DNA of 64,000 nucleotides from Vezdaea acicularis (Eukaryota): NCBI GenBank assembly GCA_026025075.1, contig JAPEUI010000005.1, positions 186,001 to 250,000 of the forward strand, read 5' to 3'. Shown piece by piece: positions 60,801 to 64,000 of this stretch (position 1 is its first letter; each line of letters starts with the position of its first letter). The notes under the pieces were generated by a model. It saw only the letters and a program-made list of their open reading frames with translations, ran no database searches and was not told where the DNA came from. The position numbers and the translations under genes were made by a program.

Positions 60801-62317
60801 GTGCCGGACGCGGTTCCAAAGTCGTCGCTCGCAGCCAAGAGCGCAGGGACAAAGGCCCAATTCCCGGCCACGGACAAATGAGACGGGGCGCGGGTCTGTC
60901 TCGCCGCTGGCTGGTCCTGCCCGGGTTGGCCTGGCGGGGGGTGGGGGGAAGGGGGGGGGTCCCTGGTCGCGCTTGCCGAATGTCTCGTCGTCCCTGCTCG
61001 CGGGAAAAGGCTCCCCCCCTCCCCCCCTTCGCTTGGGGACGAGCAGGACCCGGCGGGATTTTCCCCTTGGGAATTTTTCGATAGACTCTCGGTTGAGCAG
61101 CTGTCATGGGTCCGGCGGCGCGTCCGGCGAATGGACGGACGGACGGAGGGACGATTGCGACGAATGGGACGGATGGAGCGCGCGACCGCCAGACCGCGCG
61201 ACGGGGATGCCGAGCGGGTGGGAAGGAGAGCGGCGAGCCCGAGATAAGCGACGGCCGAGTCGCTTCTCCGTCGGGTCACGGCCACGTCCTTCCTTTCTGG
61301 CATCTGGCACGAAGGGGGAAGGGGCGACTCGTTCGTGGACTGCTGGAACCGAAGCAGGCAGGTAGGTACGGCAACGCACCGCACCGCACGGCGCTGCACT
61401 CCAGGGACCGATCTTCCAGGAAGGAACACATGGGACGTTCCATTTCCGACCATTCAACCACGCCCGAGCGGCGTCACGCTACGGTCGTGTTCTTGCACCG
61501 GAGCAGCAGTAGCAGCAGTAGCAGACAAAGAAGCCGGCCGAGTGGCTGCAAAGGGCGCGCGACTCGAAGCCTTCCCAACGAAGAAGGAGGAGGGTCGGGG
61601 CGGTGTTAGCCCGCGAAGGGGGAAAGCCCGACACCGCGTCGCGATTGGCCGGGGATGCAGGCCTGGGCGACCGCCGCAGCTCGCTTCTGCGCGCGGAATT
61701 CTGCGAGGGGGAGGACCACGCCCATGGCGATTGGCCTGCAAAGCGAGCGGCGTGTTCTTTAGGCCGTTTGGACGTCACGCTAGGCTGGGATCCGCTGCCC
61801 CTAGTGCGGCGTTAGCGTCCCAGGCTGAAGAGGGGCGGGTCGGGCGAGCCGGGGGGGGGGAAGGGGCGCGCTGGCCTGCTGGGGCCAACCACGGCGCCGC
61901 TCTCGTCCGTCGCGTGAAGAATGCGAGGAATTGGTAGAAATGCCGATGGCGGATGGCTGCTGGCCGTTTTTGCTCATGGGGGGCAGCGACAACTCGCTCG
62001 CTTGCAACGCACGACGGGGATATGAGAGAGAGAGGGAGACGAGTGATGTGAGACGAGAGACAGGAAGGTCGCGACTGAGCGATGTTGCCATCGTCGTGAG
62101 AGGCAGCAGGACCGCATCGCCGCTCCCTCGGTCCCCCGAGCAAAGAAAGAGGTTGCGTTGGATGCGCGCCATCGCCGAACCACGTCCACCCGGCGTCGAG
62201 GCCGGCCCGTTCTTGCGCGGACCGTCCTATGCTCCTCTCCCCCGTGCGTTCCCCCTCTTCCTCCACCCCCCCCCGGCCGACCTCGCTCTGTCCTCGCACC
62301 TCTCAGCCAATTCAAAC

Positions 62318-62345
62318 TCTCTCTCTCTCACACACACTCACACAC
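62318..62345 (+). repeat. Compound (CT)n(CA)n microsatellite
   Basis: Direct reading: ctctctctctctcacacacactcacacacac. Confidence 0.7.
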
Positions 62346-62719
62346 ACTCGCTCACACGCCCACGACCTCTGGCAGACCAAGTGCCTATCGCGTGGCGTGC
62401 AAAGGCCGCCCCGAACACGCCCACGAAACCCGGGCTAGTCGCCGCCGCGAGGGTGGTGGTGGGAGGGGACGAAAGAGTGAGCCGGCGCGCAGGCCTTCGA
62501 GGGCGCGCGCGCTGTTCTCCAGCGTTCCCATCCTCCACCGTCCGCCCGAAGAGGGCAACGCTCGCGCCTCGTGATTGGCCGCCGCTCGACCCTGTCGCCC
62601 TGGCTGCGACGGTCCGGCCGCCCCCCTCCTCGACTCCTCTGTTCCGCCCGCGGCTGGTGCTGGGCGCTGGGCGACGGTGAGGGGGGCGGAGGGAGAAGGG
62701 AGAAAGCCAGGGAGAGGGC

Positions 62720-62738
62720 GGAGAGAGAGAGAGAGAGA
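62720..62738 (+). repeat. (GA)n microsatellite
   Basis: Direct reading: gagagagagagagagagag. Confidence 0.75.
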
Positions 62739-64000
62739 GGCGGCGAGTGGCAGAGGGCGGCGACGGGGGACAGCGCGCGCAAGCGAGCGAGCGAGGGACC
62801 TTGGGCGACGGCGAGTTTGTGCCAATCTGCTGCAGCAGCGCCAAACGGCCACTTTCGCTGCCACCGCGCCCACCACCACTTTTGCCTGCCTTCTCCCTCG
62901 CTTGTGCTGGCGGGGGCCTCGCTCGTAGTCTTGTCTCTCTCTCTCTCGTCCTCTCTCGTCCGCGGCCCACACACCCCCCCGTTCCTCGTTTTTCCCTTTT
63001 CCCACGCCCGCTCCCCGTCCCCAGCTCTCCTCTTCCTTCCTGCACCCTTCCGTCACCCAGCAACCTCCATCCGTCCTTCATCTTCACCTTCACTCTCGAG
63101 CCATCGTGAGTGCGTGTGAAGAATTGAGGTTGGGAGGAGAGCACAGCCGCCTCCGTCGACGACTCGGCCCTTTCGATCGTTACCAGCATCTCTCGGCGTT
63201 TCCTCTCGTCTGCGCCTGAGTGGTCCCGACTCAGCTCCTCCGTCCACGTCGCTGGGCCGCGAACAAAGGGCGAGGACTCTCTCTCTCTCGTCGCACTGTC
63301 CTCGAATTTCTGCTCCACGACCCTCGACCAACTCGATTCCCCTCTTCAGATATCATCACCGACTCGAACATCTTCCGACCCCGATCGGTAGATTCCCAAT
63401 CGTAGCACATAGGCCTCGCGTGGCCTGATCGTTTCCCCGACCTCCTACGCTGTAGCGGTCGGAAGAGTGTTGACGCATCACTATACACCATCCACGCCTC
63501 GGATTACTTCATTGTGATCGCGCTGTGCATCTGCCTTTAATCGATCTATCGATCTTCCCGAAAAGATATCCCATGGTATCATCGTAAAACGAACGACCCG
63601 CCGACACCCTCTATCTGGAAACCAGACTTGGTGAGTTGATGCAATTTTCCCTTGTGTGCGTGGCTTGGCCGTGTGTCTCGCTGGGAGACGAAGCGACCGA
63701 ACGACCGACGTGCTGGATCCACCCAGCGTTGTGGCACTCGAACGATCCCGCTGCACCGTCGAATTTCGCTCTGGCCGCAATTTCTCCACGAACTCGACCG
63801 CCGGGACCATTCGTCGCCAACAGGATTCGCCGCCGGTAATCTCTGCGACGGTGCTCGATCCGGCACTCGCACTCAGGATTCGCTTGGGATTCGGGCGCGA
63901 CCGGCGACTTCGGTCCTTTCCATCCCCATTCTCCCCCCGTCGTCGTTGTCGTGCACTCGCCTCCATCGTCTTCGTTCGGGACGCGTGGTGAAACTGAGTC

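Noticed and set aside
60568..63318. Many overlapping 150-326 aa ORFs on both strands
   Set aside because: Arg/Gly/Pro/Ser-rich with no domain motifs, as expected by chance in GC-rich low-complexity DNA.
1..64000. Starship or other transposon carrying the accessory genes
   Set aside because: No tyrosine recombinase captain, transposase, reverse transcriptase, LTR or TIR was recognised, and core genes (SEY1, RCF2, DFG5/DCW1) are interspersed.

Overview
Intron-containing genomic DNA from a filamentous ascomycete (GT-AG introns with CTAAC/CTGAC branch sites, typical fungal genes). About 17 protein-coding genes are supported. Recognisable genes: an SSU1/TDT-family exporter, a twin-His Amt/Mep ammonium permease, a WSC cell-surface protein, CAP10-like GT90, GT8, GH76 DFG5/DCW1, a METTL25/RRNAD1-like methyltransferase, SEY1, an RCF2-like HIG1 protein, a kelch protein and CAP59-like GT69. 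There are also several uncharacterised membrane or secreted proteins. The most striking element is a head-to-head gene pair at 14.2-22.4 kb, with 237 bp between the start codons. One gene (~601 aa) has a HeLo/SesA-like hydrophobic N-terminal helix and a degenerate kinase-like C-terminal domain. The other (~1911 aa) has a helical N-terminal domain, C2H2-type zinc fingers, a catalytically dead protein kinase domain and ~20 highly similar 42-aa TPR repeats, but no NACHT or NB-ARC domain. This looks like a candidate sensor/executioner non-self-recognition or cell-death module; that function is inferred. Also notable are an intact 2OG-Fe(II) oxygenase-like gene lacking its catalytic residues and a 116-bp tandem duplication whose copies differ only by transitions. 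No tRNA, rRNA, CRISPR array or transposon ORF was recognised. All exon structures and family names were assigned by eye or from memory and need HMM and RNA-seq confirmation.
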